Source: Terriglobia bacterium
GTDB taxonomy: Bacteria; Acidobacteriota; Terriglobia; 20CM-2-55-15
Direction: 5' to 3'
DNA: 64,000 nucleotides
NCBI GenBank assembly: GCA_963664115.2
Contig: CAXWPJ010000009.1
Location: 1,120,001 to 1,184,000 of the forward strand
In this document: one piece after another, positions 9,837 through 19,289 of the stretch
Position numbering within the stretch: the first letter of the stretch is position 1
Layout: each line of letters opens with the position of its first letter
Program-made: the position numbers and the translations under genes
Notes under the pieces: generated by a model
What the model saw: the letters and a program-made list of their open reading frames with translations, nothing else
Database searches by the model: none
Told to the model about the DNA's origin: nothing

Positions 9837-9998
9837 CTCCACTTTATCGCTGTGCTAACCTGGTTTGAAGAACTCAAGGAGCGGGTGCCGGTTCCCTGAT
9901 TTTCCGGGTCAAGTCCTGAGAAATCATCTTGTCGGACGTTGAGAATCGGCAAATTACTGAGGTTTTTCAACGTCCGTATGTCGTTTCTCAGAACTTGA
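9837..9998. repeat. Kinase C-terminal stub (LHFIAVLTWFEELKERVPVP*) + dyad pair A5/B5
   Basis: Stop at 9897-9899; A5 at 9909-9942 TCAAGTCCTGAGAA-ATCATC-TTGTCGGACGTTGA; B5 at 9967-9998 TCAACGTCCGTA-TGTCGT-TTCTCAGAACTTGA. Confidence 0.92.
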
Positions 9999-10143
9999 GA
10001 CTTTTCTTGCGCAAAAATTCAGACTTGAGCGAGGCATTCGGGCAGCCTCACTAGCAAAATATTTAAGCAATCAAGAAGACTTTACCGCGGGTGAAATGGC
10101 CCGTGCTCTGTTGGACTTCATACTCAAGGAGACGTAGACGCCA

Positions 10144-10665
10144 ATGTCGAGATTCACAGAACGCATGATTCGCGCTGCGAAGTTAGATGTGAACCTTTAT
10201 GAAGAGGTGGAAGCCGATAAGACGACCATGGGCCAGGCGATGGGCGTGGTGGTGTTGTCTTCTCTTGCCGCCGGCATCGGCAGTATATCCACGGGTGGCA
10301 GAAATTTAATTCTCGTGACCATTGCCGCTTTAGTGGGATGGTATATCTGGGCTTATCTCACTTATTTTATCGGCACCAAATTTCTGCCCGAAACGCAAAC
10401 AAAGGCCGATTACGGAGAACTGTTAAGAACGATCGGATTTTCTAGCTCGCCGGGGCTGATACGGATTTTGGGAATCATTCCAGGGTTCACCAATTTAGTC
10501 TTCTCGGTGGCCGGAATATGGATGCTCATTGCGATGGTCATTGCGGTGCGTCAGGCATTGGACTATACAAGCACCCTGCGAGCGGTGGGTGTGTGCTTGA
10601 TCGGCTGGATCATTCAGAGCATCTTTGTAGGGCTCTTATTGTTGTTTGCGCAGGGTGGCGCTTGA
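10144..10665 (+). CDS. YIP1-like integral membrane protein
   Basis: Several TM segments; LYEEVEAD, LLRTIGF, AVRQALDY. Confidence 0.7.
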   Translation: MSRFTERMIRAAKLDVNLYEEVEADKTTMGQAMGVVVLSSLAAGIGSISTGGRNLILVTIAALVGWYIWAYLTYFIGTKFLPETQTKADYGELLRTIGFSSSPGLIRILGIIPGFTNLVFSVAGIWMLIAMVIAVRQALDYTSTLRAVGVCLIGWIIQSIFVGLLLLFAQGGA

Positions 10666-10809
10666 AAAACCCGCTGATACCTCCGTCTACGCTTCGAGCG
10701 CAACCTCACGATGCCGCCCGCAAGACTCGACGAGGCCAGAATGGATTCGCTACATCCTTTTCTGTACGGCACTTTCATCCCCTACAACATGCCGGTTTAT
10801 CCCGGCGCT

Positions 10810-10840
10810 TTCCCTGATAAATTATCTTCTCGGCGGTTGA
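10810..10840 (+). repeat. Degenerate dyad site A6
   Basis: TTCCCTGATAA-ATTATC-TTCTCGGCGGTTGA. Confidence 0.75.
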
Positions 10841-10860
10841 GAAATCCACCAGGGGGTTAA

Positions 10861-11067
10861 GTGGCCCCCCTCAGGAATCTCACCCAAGGAGACGACCTAG
10901 TCGAGGTGAAAGCGAAGAAAGAGACGACCCCGGACGTTCGCGTCTGGTGTCAACACTGTCGCGTTCGAATCTCACCCAATGAAGACCAGGTTGCTGCCGG
11001 TAACAAGGTCTACCATAGGCAGTGCTTTCCCAAGCGGCCCTCCGTCAAGAGAGCTAAGAAGAAGTAG
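10861..11067 (+). CDS. Small basic protein with a LIM-like CxxC...HxxC zinc finger
   Basis: WCQHCRVRI-x13-HRQCF; start uncertain. Confidence 0.5.
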   Translation: MAPLRNLTQGDDLVEVKAKKETTPDVRVWCQHCRVRISPNEDQVAAGNKVYHRQCFPKRPSVKRAKKK

Positions 11068-11144
11068 CCGCTATTTCTGAATGAGTGCCCACCGCAAGTG
11101 AGCCACCATCCATCAGGTCACCGAATCTGGAACGAAAAGCGAGG

Positions 11145-11179
11145 TCAAGTCCCGAGAAATCAATCTTCTCGGACGTTGA
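11145..11179 (+). repeat. Dyad site A7 (7-bp spacer)
   Basis: TCAAGTCCCGAGAA-ATCAATC-TTCTCGGACGTTGA. Confidence 0.88.
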
Positions 11180-11273
11180 GAATCGGGCCTAGTTCGTATC
11201 GTTGCTTCCAACCCATTCGTTCTATAGACTTTCTCCCAGTTGTTCCACGTTTCATTAACAGAGAATCTTAGGA

Positions 11274-11365
11274 ATGGAATCCGGCAGCAAACTCGGTTAC
11301 TAGGAGACCCTGTCTGCCCTCGGTAGGGGTGGGATGGGAGAAATGTGGAAGGCCACTGAACTTCG
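11274..11365 (+). pseudogene. Ser/Thr kinase N-terminal stub
   Basis: MESGSKLGY*ETLSALGRGGMGEMWKAT. Confidence 0.85.
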
Positions 11366-11505
11366 GCAAGTGAGTCATCCTGGAACTGAGAATCGACAGA
11401 GATGAAACGACTCCTTCCACCCTTAAATCCATCGGGATCAACCACCAATGATGCAATAATCTCTCTATGCAGCTGGTCAAGAAATCCAGCAGGGCAAATC
11501 CTGGT

Positions 11506-11567
11506 GACGCAATTACGCTGCAGTCGTGATAAAGCCGACGCAATTACGCTGCAGTCGTGATAAAGCC
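11506..11567. repeat. Perfect 31-bp tandem duplication
   Basis: GACGCAATTACGCTGCAGTCGTGATAAAGCC x2. Confidence 0.95.
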
Positions 11568-11633
11568 GGACCGCTTCACCCTCCGGCGATCCAAGAGGTT
11601 TGTAGTGAAACAATGCTTTCTCGGGAGGAAAAG

Positions 11634-12011
11634 ATGAATCTGAAGTCTCTGAGCCTTGCCGTCGCGACATTTGTCGCTCTAGGCGCGTCGGCGTGGGCGC
11701 ATCATTCACATGCGAATTACAACACCGACGAGTTCACAAACCTGTCCGGCACCGTTACCCAGGTGGCCTGGGGGAACCCGCATGTCTGGCTGTATATGGA
11801 GATCGCCGACGAGCAGGGCCGTCCGCAGGCGTGGACAATGGAGGGCGGCAGCCTCCAGGCGTTGATGCGCGGCGGCTGGCAACGCGACAGCCTGAAGCCA
11901 GGCGACAGGATCAGCGTGCGCTGCAATCGAGTGAGAGATGGGTCCTCAGGGTGCCTGATGGGTTTCGTGACGAACATCAACGGTACGGCCATGGACAAGG
12001 AGTTCGACTGA
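11634..12011 (+). CDS. DUF6152-like secreted OB-fold protein
   Basis: Signal peptide ending AWA-HHS; WGNPHVW; LKPGDRISV. Confidence 0.75.
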   Translation: MNLKSLSLAVATFVALGASAWAHHSHANYNTDEFTNLSGTVTQVAWGNPHVWLYMEIADEQGRPQAWTMEGGSLQALMRGGWQRDSLKPGDRISVRCNRVRDGSSGCLMGFVTNINGTAMDKEFD

Positions 12012-12055
12012 GCCTGTCGCTTAGGCATTACACGACAAAATCGGAGGAGGATCAG

Positions 12056-13075
12056 ATGCGTTATCTCGGACTTGTTTCGGCGGCCTTGGTCGTGCTGAGC
12101 ACAAGCGCCTCCTTTGCGCAGGGCTGGCGTGAATATGTCAGCCGTGATGAGTTCTTCATGGTCAGTATGCCGGCGGAGCCGCAAATTACGGAGACCACGT
12201 ACCGTGCGGCGTCAGGCGCGATCCTGCCGGCGAAGACGTTCGTCGCGACCGAAGGCCAGAGTGGTGCTTCCGTCACCGTCGTCCACTACATGAACGCGAG
12301 CGCGGCAGACGTTGAGGGCGCCGTTGAACATGCGGTGGGGGGCTTCCGCAGCCGTTCCGGGGAGATTACCTATGATAGCCCGCAAAGGATGGAGGGCCTT
12401 CCGGGACATATGATCTACCACTTGAATCCGGACCAGAGCCGCACCGCTGCAGGAATATTTTTGCACGCGGGGCCGTCCGAACATGGCGGCCCGGGGCGCC
12501 TATATATCCTCGAGGGCATTGCGGCGGCGGGCGCGCCGTCGCCCATACAGTTCCCGCAATCGTTCTTTTTGCTCGACGACGCAGGCACCCGCCTGGACTA
12601 TGAAACCGATGCGAACGGGCAGAGAGTCCGGGCTTTTCGCGGCCAACCGGTTAGCGTCGGCCCGGCCTACAGCGCGCGAGAGCCGGTGTCCTGTGAGTCG
12701 CGCGCCGAGCCCACCCAAGGCCGGCCGACCCCCGCGCAGGTGGTGGGTCACCTCAAGTGCGCGGCCGAAGGCGTCGCCGACGGCAGTCTGTATCTCCTTG
12801 AAGACGTCGAAGTGAGCGAGATCGGCGAAGGCGAGTCTGTTGACGCGAGTTACTTCCCTGACATCGACGTCGCCCACCCGGTGTTTCCGATTCGGGGGAA
12901 TCTGGTGCGCTACGAGTGCCGACGCGAGAATGGCTCCAATGACGGAGCCAACTGCGTTTCCCATGTTGAGGCGAACGCATCCGGCCGTTGCTACAAGGCC
13001 ACCTCAGGCGACTGGAACTGCAGCATGTCGGACCTTGTGCAACGGACGACAGCGGGCGTAGCGGCGCCGGAGTAG
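12056..13075 (+). CDS. Secreted hypothetical protein with Cys-rich C-terminal extension
   Basis: GGAGG RBS, signal peptide, QGWREYVS..F.V.MPAEP; paralog of 20131-20715. Confidence 0.7.
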   Translation: MRYLGLVSAALVVLSTSASFAQGWREYVSRDEFFMVSMPAEPQITETTYRAASGAILPAKTFVATEGQSGASVTVVHYMNASAADVEGAVEHAVGGFRSRSGEITYDSPQRMEGLPGHMIYHLNPDQSRTAAGIFLHAGPSEHGGPGRLYILEGIAAAGAPSPIQFPQSFFLLDDAGTRLDYETDANGQRVRAFRGQPVSVGPAYSAREPVSCESRAEPTQGRPTPAQVVGHLKCAAEGVADGSLYLLEDVEVSEIGEGESVDASYFPDIDVAHPVFPIRGNLVRYECRRENGSNDGANCVSHVEANASGRCYKATSGDWNCSMSDLVQRTTAGVAAPE

Positions 13076-13114
13076 GAAGGACGAATTTGCACACGTGGCA
13101 CCGCGGAGACGGCG

Positions 13115-13146
13115 GTGCTTTCATAAATCATCTTGTCGGAAGATGA
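13115..13146 (+). repeat. Degenerate dyad site A8
   Basis: ...CATAA-ATCATC-TTGTCGGAAGATGA. Confidence 0.75.
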
Positions 13147-13225
13147 GCATTGATCCCACCACTTTCCGATGAACGGACAGCACGGCCAAGTGGAATTCGA
13201 AATTGTCGATTTTCGACAGCATGCG

Positions 13226-13687
13226 CTAGTGCGGTAGCCGCCCTCGGAGAGCGCCGTACACCCAGGTGCCGGCCACGGCGCTTAGCAGCGCGACCGCCAT
13301 CACCGGAATGCCGTTGCCGATGAGGGCAAACAAGGGACCGGGGCACGCTCCGGCCAGCGCCCAACCCAGTCCGAATATCGTCCCCCCGATCCAGTAGCGA
13401 TGCTTTTCGTTCATCGCTTTGGGCGGGATGTCGATGTCATAGCCTCGCACGGTCTTGACGTTGAACGTTTTGATCAGAGCGACAGCCACCGCTGCCACCA
13501 CGACCGCTGTGCCGATGATGCCGTACATGTGAAAGGCCTGAAAGCGGAACATCTCTTGAATGCGGAACCAGGAAATCGCCTCGCTTTTCGTCAGGACGAT
13601 GCCGAAGAGGATACCCAGCAGCAGGTACCCACCCAAGCCTTCGGCCTTCGGCGTCGTTGTCCCTTGTTCTGGAATCGTATGACTCAT
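13226..13687 (-). CDS. YeeE/YedE-family sulfur-compound transporter component
   Basis: FGLGWALAGACPGP. Confidence 0.85.
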   Translation of the reverse strand: MSHTIPEQGTTTPKAEGLGGYLLLGILFGIVLTKSEAISWFRIQEMFRFQAFHMYGIIGTAVVVAAVAVALIKTFNVKTVRGYDIDIPPKAMNEKHRYWIGGTIFGLGWALAGACPGPLFALIGNGIPVMAVALLSAVAGTWVYGALRGRLPH

Positions 13688-13831
13688 GGCTCTCTGTGAA
13701 AGTGGAACGACATAACGGCTGTAGTCGCGTCCACCGAGAGGCGCGTCGTGAATTCGTAGTTCAGCATCTTGCTTCCTCAGTCACACTGCTTCGTCGTAGC
13801 AAGGCGATGAGCATCGAAAAAATTCCTCAGG

Positions 13832-14392
13832 TCAAAAGATAAGTGGAAGCAGAAAGTGGGTGGTCATTAACCCTCCGGCGAAGAAGCCGAGCACAGCGAT
13901 CAGCGAGGGTAGTTGCAAATCCGCCAGTCCCATGATCGCGTGCCCGGAAGTGCAGCCACCCGCATACCGTGCTCCGAAGCCCACCAGGAACCCTCCCACG
14001 ACGATGAGCGACAGACCCTTGAAGGTCAGCAGGCCAGACCAGCTAAAGATTTCGCCCGGCACGAGGCCTGAAAAGTCCTGAACACCGAGAGCCACCAGGT
14101 CGGCGTGGGTGGCCTCGGAGATCAGGACCGGGTCGGGGTGTTGCAGCACTGTCCCGGCAATCAATCCGCCAACAACGACGCCTCCGATAAAGGTCAGATT
14201 CCACAACCCACTTTTCTTCCAATCATATTTGAATAACTCGAGATCGCAGGGAATGATGGCGGCGCAAATGTGGCGCAAGTTAGCTGAGACCCCAAATTGC
14301 TTGCCACCCAAGAGCAGCAAGGCTGGCACTAGCAGTCCGATCAGCGGCCCGGCGACGTACCACGGCCACGGCTGCGAAAAAAATTCAATCAT
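13832..14392 (-). CDS. YeeE/YedE-family sulfur-compound transporter component
   Basis: GFGARYAGGCTSGH; start MIEFFSQPWPW. Confidence 0.88.
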   Translation of the reverse strand: MIEFFSQPWPWYVAGPLIGLLVPALLLLGGKQFGVSANLRHICAAIIPCDLELFKYDWKKSGLWNLTFIGGVVVGGLIAGTVLQHPDPVLISEATHADLVALGVQDFSGLVPGEIFSWSGLLTFKGLSLIVVGGFLVGFGARYAGGCTSGHAIMGLADLQLPSLIAVLGFFAGGLMTTHFLLPLIF

Positions 14393-14706
14393 GGTCGCTC
14401 CGGCCCGGCGACGCTCCCTCCGAGCTTGGGAGCGGCGCAGTCCGCAACTCGCCCGCCCCACCCCTGCCGATGGCTGAAACGACTTCGTAGTGTGCGAGCA
14501 ACGTAAGAAGACTCACTGTTTCAATAGCTTGTCCGAATTGAGTGGTAATCGGCCAGCGACTCGGACAGGGACTCCGACAGCGTTGCCGCTATCGGCAATC
14601 ATGGAAACTCTGAAAACCTCAGGCTCTGGAGATTTGGTCGAAACCGAAAGGCCGCGAATCGGCGAATCCTGTTCGATCTCCGCTCCGCGGCCGCCGAGCC
14701 TGCCCG

Positions 14707-15621
14707 CTACTTTTTCACGATTTTTTTGACCCGTCCTCCCAGCGCGCCCGTGTCGGCCAGATACAGATCACCCGTTTCCCTGTCCAGGGTGATGTTGTGC
14801 GGTCGGGCTTCGATACCCTCGATCCTGTCGACGACCTCGCCGTCCCGCACGGCAACGATCTGCTCGCCGTCCGAGTCTCCGATGTAAACGGTGTTGTTTC
14901 GGTCCACCGCCAGACCGGAGCCTCTCTGCATCCCCAGATCCCGCCACTCGTCCAGCAATTTACCCTCCTGACTGAAGAGCTGTATACGCGGGTTTTCAAG
15001 GTGACCGTCCAGGACCACCAGACGGCCTCTGGAGTCAACCTGGACGCCGTGCACTCCATCCAGTTGCCCCGTACCCGTGCCCGCGAGGCCACCGATGATG
15101 TTGATGAACGTCCCGTCTTTTGAAAAATGGACGATGCGGTGATTGACGTATCCGTCCGCAACGAAGATGTCCCCGTTCGGGGCAACAGTGACGTGGGCCG
15201 CTCGATTAAACGAAGTTCTGGAACTGTCGTCTCCGCTGACACCCTTCGTTCCCAGCGTCATAAGCCGCTCTCCGTCCCGGGTGTACTTGTAAATCACGTG
15301 GTTGCTTCGGTCTCCAATCCAGAGGAAACCCTGACGGTCGACATAGATGTTATGCGAATCGTCGAACAGCCCGTCACCCCAGGAATTCTGAAGTTCGCCT
15401 TCTCGATCGAAGATGAGCACCTGCGGGGTGGATCGCTTCAGTACAAAGATCGAATCTGTGCTATCGGCGGCAACCGACCGCGTATCGGATCTCTCTCCCC
15501 CCGGCGTGTTGACATGGGGAGAACCAAACGTCGTGACCTCATAGTCGGGGTTCGTAGTCTGGGCCCAGGCCATCGAACCCAAGGCCAAAACGGCCAACGT
15601 CATACATATGAATCTTTTCAT
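14707..15621 (-). CDS. Secreted NHL-repeat (PAL-like) beta-propeller protein
   Basis: Signal peptide; NHL repeats (FVADGYVNHRI, VHGVQVD). Confidence 0.82.
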   Translation of the reverse strand: MKRFICMTLAVLALGSMAWAQTTNPDYEVTTFGSPHVNTPGGERSDTRSVAADSTDSIFVLKRSTPQVLIFDREGELQNSWGDGLFDDSHNIYVDRQGFLWIGDRSNHVIYKYTRDGERLMTLGTKGVSGDDSSRTSFNRAAHVTVAPNGDIFVADGYVNHRIVHFSKDGTFINIIGGLAGTGTGQLDGVHGVQVDSRGRLVVLDGHLENPRIQLFSQEGKLLDEWRDLGMQRGSGLAVDRNNTVYIGDSDGEQIVAVRDGEVVDRIEGIEARPHNITLDRETGDLYLADTGALGGRVKKIVKK

Positions 15622-16016
15622 GGGAACCTCCTGCAGCTGCTTAATCGATGAGGGTCGTTCGGATCGTATTCTGTCCCGCCGGGTTCCCCTTGTCAATAAA
15701 CCCGGTACCACGATCAGATAGAAGCGCGAAGACAGGAGGCTGGTTCCATAACGGACGTGTTTCTTTTCGGGAAGGGGGCAGAGGGTGTCGTCAACTTAAG
15801 GTCCGATTGACGAGTGGGCGATTGGCGTGTGAAGGTGAGTTTCGACAGTCCGGGCGAATCCGCGGAGATCAAATTTTCAACAGCGGCGCACGATCGTTCA
15901 GTTCGGTTCAGAATCTTTGAAAACTTCGGCCACCAGTCAGCTTTGAAACCTTCTCAGGTGAGCCGGTTGCAATTCTCTCCGCTCTCTCATCACGAACAAC
16001 GCATTCATGAATCGCG

Positions 16017-17300
16017 TCAGACGGTGGCGGGTTCCATACCTTTCTTGGCCCTGAGTGCTTCTGCGGCGGCCTCTTCGAAGTTCTGATCGCCCGACAGCAG
16101 CAGTGCAGCCGAGCGGACGTGTTGGTCTTCAGGCTTACGGCCGGGCGGCATCTCCCCTTCCTTCATCGCTTCGAGGGCTCTGAATATCATGCGACGCGCC
16201 ATGATGATGCCCTTGTCGCTCGACACCAGGTGTTCATCGGTCCGGTCGACGATTGCGCCCATGCTTTCCTGTAGCGAGGCATCCTGCATCCCGATACCTT
16301 CGACGCCGCTGGCGATCGCGCCGGATTTCTGCTTCTCGCGATCGATCAGATAGTCGTTTTCCTTGGTCGCAACCGGCAGATAGGTTCCGGGCTTGCACTT
16401 GACGTGGATCCCCCGGCCCTCCTTCATCGCCTCACGTTCTTCCGGTTTGATCTTGCGGGTCGGATGATAGTCATAGCTCCATGCCCAGCAGTGCGTATCA
16501 TCGATCGGGACCCAGAAGTGTCCGTGCAGGGTGTAATCACCGCGCGGGGGGATCATCGTGAACGATGGCACGACGTACTGTGTGATGCGCCAGTAATAGT
16601 TGCCTTCCTCTGCCTTGCGCCGCGCGCCGACATAGAGGCCGCCCGGGCTCTCGATCACGTCGAAAACCGGCGCTTTGTCCTTGAGGTTGTACTCGCCGCC
16701 CTTAGTATTTTTGAACAAGGGGTCGTGGTGCAAGGCATCGCCGTGGAGCCAGGAAACGTGAGAACTATCGATGCCGCCTTCCATGGCCTGCAGCCAGTTG
16801 GTCCCTTGCAGGCGCTTGCTCGCAAAGGTCTGTTCGGGCTCGACCATGATGAATTCCCACTCCGGATACGGCGGCTGCTGGTCCGGCGGGCCCATATAGG
16901 TCCACAGAATACCCCCGCGCTCGATCAGCGGGTATGACTTGAGTTTGATGCGATCAGCAAATCCCGTATCCTTCGGTTCCGACGGAATCTCGACACACTG
17001 GCCGGTGTGATCGTACTTCCAGCCATGGTAGGGACACCGGAGACCACAGTGCTCATTGCGGCCGAACCAAAGCGATACTCCACGATGGGCGCAGAACTCG
17101 TTGAGGAGGCCATAATTGCCTTCACTGTCGCGGAACGCGATAAGGTGTTCGGAGAGAATCTGCACGCGGACGGGGGGACAATCATTCTCGGGCAGTTCTT
17201 CGCCCAGCAGCGCAGGGAGCCAGTAGCTTCGGAACATGTCACCCATCGGGGTTCCAGGTTCCGTCTGCGTCAACAAGGCGTTTTGCTCTTTCGTCAACAT
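16017..17300 (-). CDS. Rieske aromatic oxygenase alpha subunit (phthalate 4,5-dioxygenase/LigXa-like)
   Basis: CAHRG...CPYHGW Rieske motif; EGGIDSSHVSWLH mononuclear Fe site. Confidence 0.9.
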   Translation of the reverse strand: MLTKEQNALLTQTEPGTPMGDMFRSYWLPALLGEELPENDCPPVRVQILSEHLIAFRDSEGNYGLLNEFCAHRGVSLWFGRNEHCGLRCPYHGWKYDHTGQCVEIPSEPKDTGFADRIKLKSYPLIERGGILWTYMGPPDQQPPYPEWEFIMVEPEQTFASKRLQGTNWLQAMEGGIDSSHVSWLHGDALHHDPLFKNTKGGEYNLKDKAPVFDVIESPGGLYVGARRKAEEGNYYWRITQYVVPSFTMIPPRGDYTLHGHFWVPIDDTHCWAWSYDYHPTRKIKPEEREAMKEGRGIHVKCKPGTYLPVATKENDYLIDREKQKSGAIASGVEGIGMQDASLQESMGAIVDRTDEHLVSSDKGIIMARRMIFRALEAMKEGEMPPGRKPEDQHVRSAALLLSGDQNFEEAAAEALRAKKGMEPATV

Positions 17301-17355
17301 TAACTCTGCTCCCTACCCGCTATTGGGGAAATCGACTTGTGACACTTCCCAGGTT

Positions 17356-19230
17356 CTAGCCTCGAGCTCCGGCTACAGAATATTCGGGGTACGAGGTCGA
17401 ATCGGCGAGCAAGCCGGTTCGAGCAACCTCGACGTCGAGTATGTAGGGTCTCCCTTCCCGAGCCGTTCGAATCGCCCGAGCGATGGCCGGTTCCAGTTGA
17501 TCCGGGTTCAGGATGCGCTCTCCTCGGATTCCGTAAGCCTGACCAATGTGTGTAAAGTCTATGTCGGGACTCCCCAGATAACAGATCATGTCTCTGTTTT
17601 CCTGGGCTGCACGTCCACCCCGGGCCTGCATCTGGTTGCGGGGCTCGTCATAGCTGTGGTTGTTGCCAATGACGGTAATAACGGGGACATCGTACCGCGA
17701 CATGGACCACAGAGCATCGGATTGCCCGAAAAGGAACCCTCCGTCGCCCTGTAGAGAGATCACTTGCCGGTTGGGGTTCGCTAACTGGACACCGATCGAG
17801 GCCCCGACACCCCAACCCAATGACCGTCCCGCCGTGCGTCCGATTCTGGTTTTTTTGCCATCGGCGAAAGGGAAGGCTCTGAGCACCCAGTCTTCGGTGC
17901 CCACCTCGGTGACAACAAAAGCATCCTCATCGATCATCTGGTTGAGCGTGAGCAACAGGCGCGGCCAGCTCACGGGAACCTGATCCCAAACCCCGTCTGC
18001 CCCCGCTGTCAGCGCCGTTCTCCGTCCTGCGGCTGCCTGAAGGAGTGCCGGTCCTCTGTCGTTGCGGATCCGGGCCAGCCTTTCGGGCGTTGCGACGGCT
18101 TTCACGGCATCAATCAACGCCCTCGTCGTTTCTCCTACGTCGGCCACAATAGAAAGGTCTGTCGGAGAATAGCCACCGATAAAACGGGTGTCCATGCTCC
18201 CATGAATGATTTTGGCTCCACTCGGAGTATCCGGCATGTGGGCACCCAGATTGAGAAACAGATCGATGTTGGGCGGATGGCGCATGGGCTCATAGTACTG
18301 TCCCAGAAAGTGGGGATGGTCCGTGGGAAAGTCAGCGCCCCAGCTGCGCGCCTGCGTGGCGGGAATCGCCAGCAACTCAGACAGCTCCACCACGTCGGCA
18401 CGGGCCCCGGTGGTCCACACTTCATTGGACAGGTAGAGAATCGGGCTGCTCGATTCGACAAGCAACTCCGCAGCCTGCTCGATCACCTGGGGGTTTGGTG
18501 CAACGTTGATTGGAACATTGATGCTCTGCTTCGGAAAAATTCCCGTTTCGATGTCTGTTCTGTAAAGAAGATTTCTGGGAACCCGGATCATCGTCGGGCC
18601 GCCTGGTGCAACCGTGGAGACCTTGAAGCTCTTTGCCAGCCATTCCGGAATCCGTGAGGGCTCGGAGACCAGCCAGCGCCATTTTGTATACTGCGCGAAA
18701 GGCGTCAGCCAATCCTCCAGGTCCTCGTGAACATCACGTCCCTGAGATCTGGTATCCGCGTGATCGGTAAAGATGACGACAGGCGTCCGGTCCTTCATCG
18801 CGTTGTACATATTGGCGCTGGCCAGGGGCGCACCCACGCGACTGAAGGTGGCGAAGGCCACCTCGCCACTGGCCTTGGCATAACCGTCCGCAATGGCCAT
18901 GGTCTGATGTTCTGAGACAGCCTGAATGAACTGCATTTCCGGACGGTCGACCAAGGCATCGGCCAGCGGGCCCATTCCTGAACTATTACAAACGAATATG
19001 AAACGGGTGCCAAACTCCTTGAGCTGTTCGGCCAACAAAGCCCCGCCGTCCCCTTGAAAAGGAAGCAACTGAGCGGGAGCTGGCGCCGCAGAACCGGGAT
19101 TCACTATCGGTTCCAGAGAACCCAGGGCGGAGCGGGCCGCTGCCAGGCTGATTCCGGCCGCTGTCACGCTCCGCACAAAATCGCGGCGGGAAATTTCTCC
19201 AGCAAGGTAATCTCTTACGTTTTCGCGCAT
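17356..19230 (-). CDS. ThDP-binding enzyme with twin-arginine-like N-terminus
   Basis: SRRDFV leader; EHQTMAIADGYA; GDGG...NNHSY. Confidence 0.88.
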   Translation of the reverse strand: MRENVRDYLAGEISRRDFVRSVTAAGISLAAARSALGSLEPIVNPGSAAPAPAQLLPFQGDGGALLAEQLKEFGTRFIFVCNSSGMGPLADALVDRPEMQFIQAVSEHQTMAIADGYAKASGEVAFATFSRVGAPLASANMYNAMKDRTPVVIFTDHADTRSQGRDVHEDLEDWLTPFAQYTKWRWLVSEPSRIPEWLAKSFKVSTVAPGGPTMIRVPRNLLYRTDIETGIFPKQSINVPINVAPNPQVIEQAAELLVESSSPILYLSNEVWTTGARADVVELSELLAIPATQARSWGADFPTDHPHFLGQYYEPMRHPPNIDLFLNLGAHMPDTPSGAKIIHGSMDTRFIGGYSPTDLSIVADVGETTRALIDAVKAVATPERLARIRNDRGPALLQAAAGRRTALTAGADGVWDQVPVSWPRLLLTLNQMIDEDAFVVTEVGTEDWVLRAFPFADGKKTRIGRTAGRSLGWGVGASIGVQLANPNRQVISLQGDGGFLFGQSDALWSMSRYDVPVITVIGNNHSYDEPRNQMQARGGRAAQENRDMICYLGSPDIDFTHIGQAYGIRGERILNPDQLEPAIARAIRTAREGRPYILDVEVARTGLLADSTSYPEYSVAGARG

Positions 19231-19289
19231 GATGCTTTCCTAGTAGGGTGATTGTTTCTGGACAGGGAAGTTGTTCCCGACCGTAACTC

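Noticed and set aside
9909-9998. A/B pair as a canonical integron attC site
   Set aside because: No RYYYAAC...GTTRRRY outer boxes, most sites are unpaired, cargo lies on both strands, and no intI is in the window.
11693-12055. Extended N-terminus of the 460-aa ORF
   Set aside because: Overlaps the DUF6152-like gene; the RBS and signal peptide indicate a start at 12056.
14480-14700. Possible att site or tRNA remnant
   Set aside because: No cloverleaf, T-loop motif or matching partner repeat that I could support.
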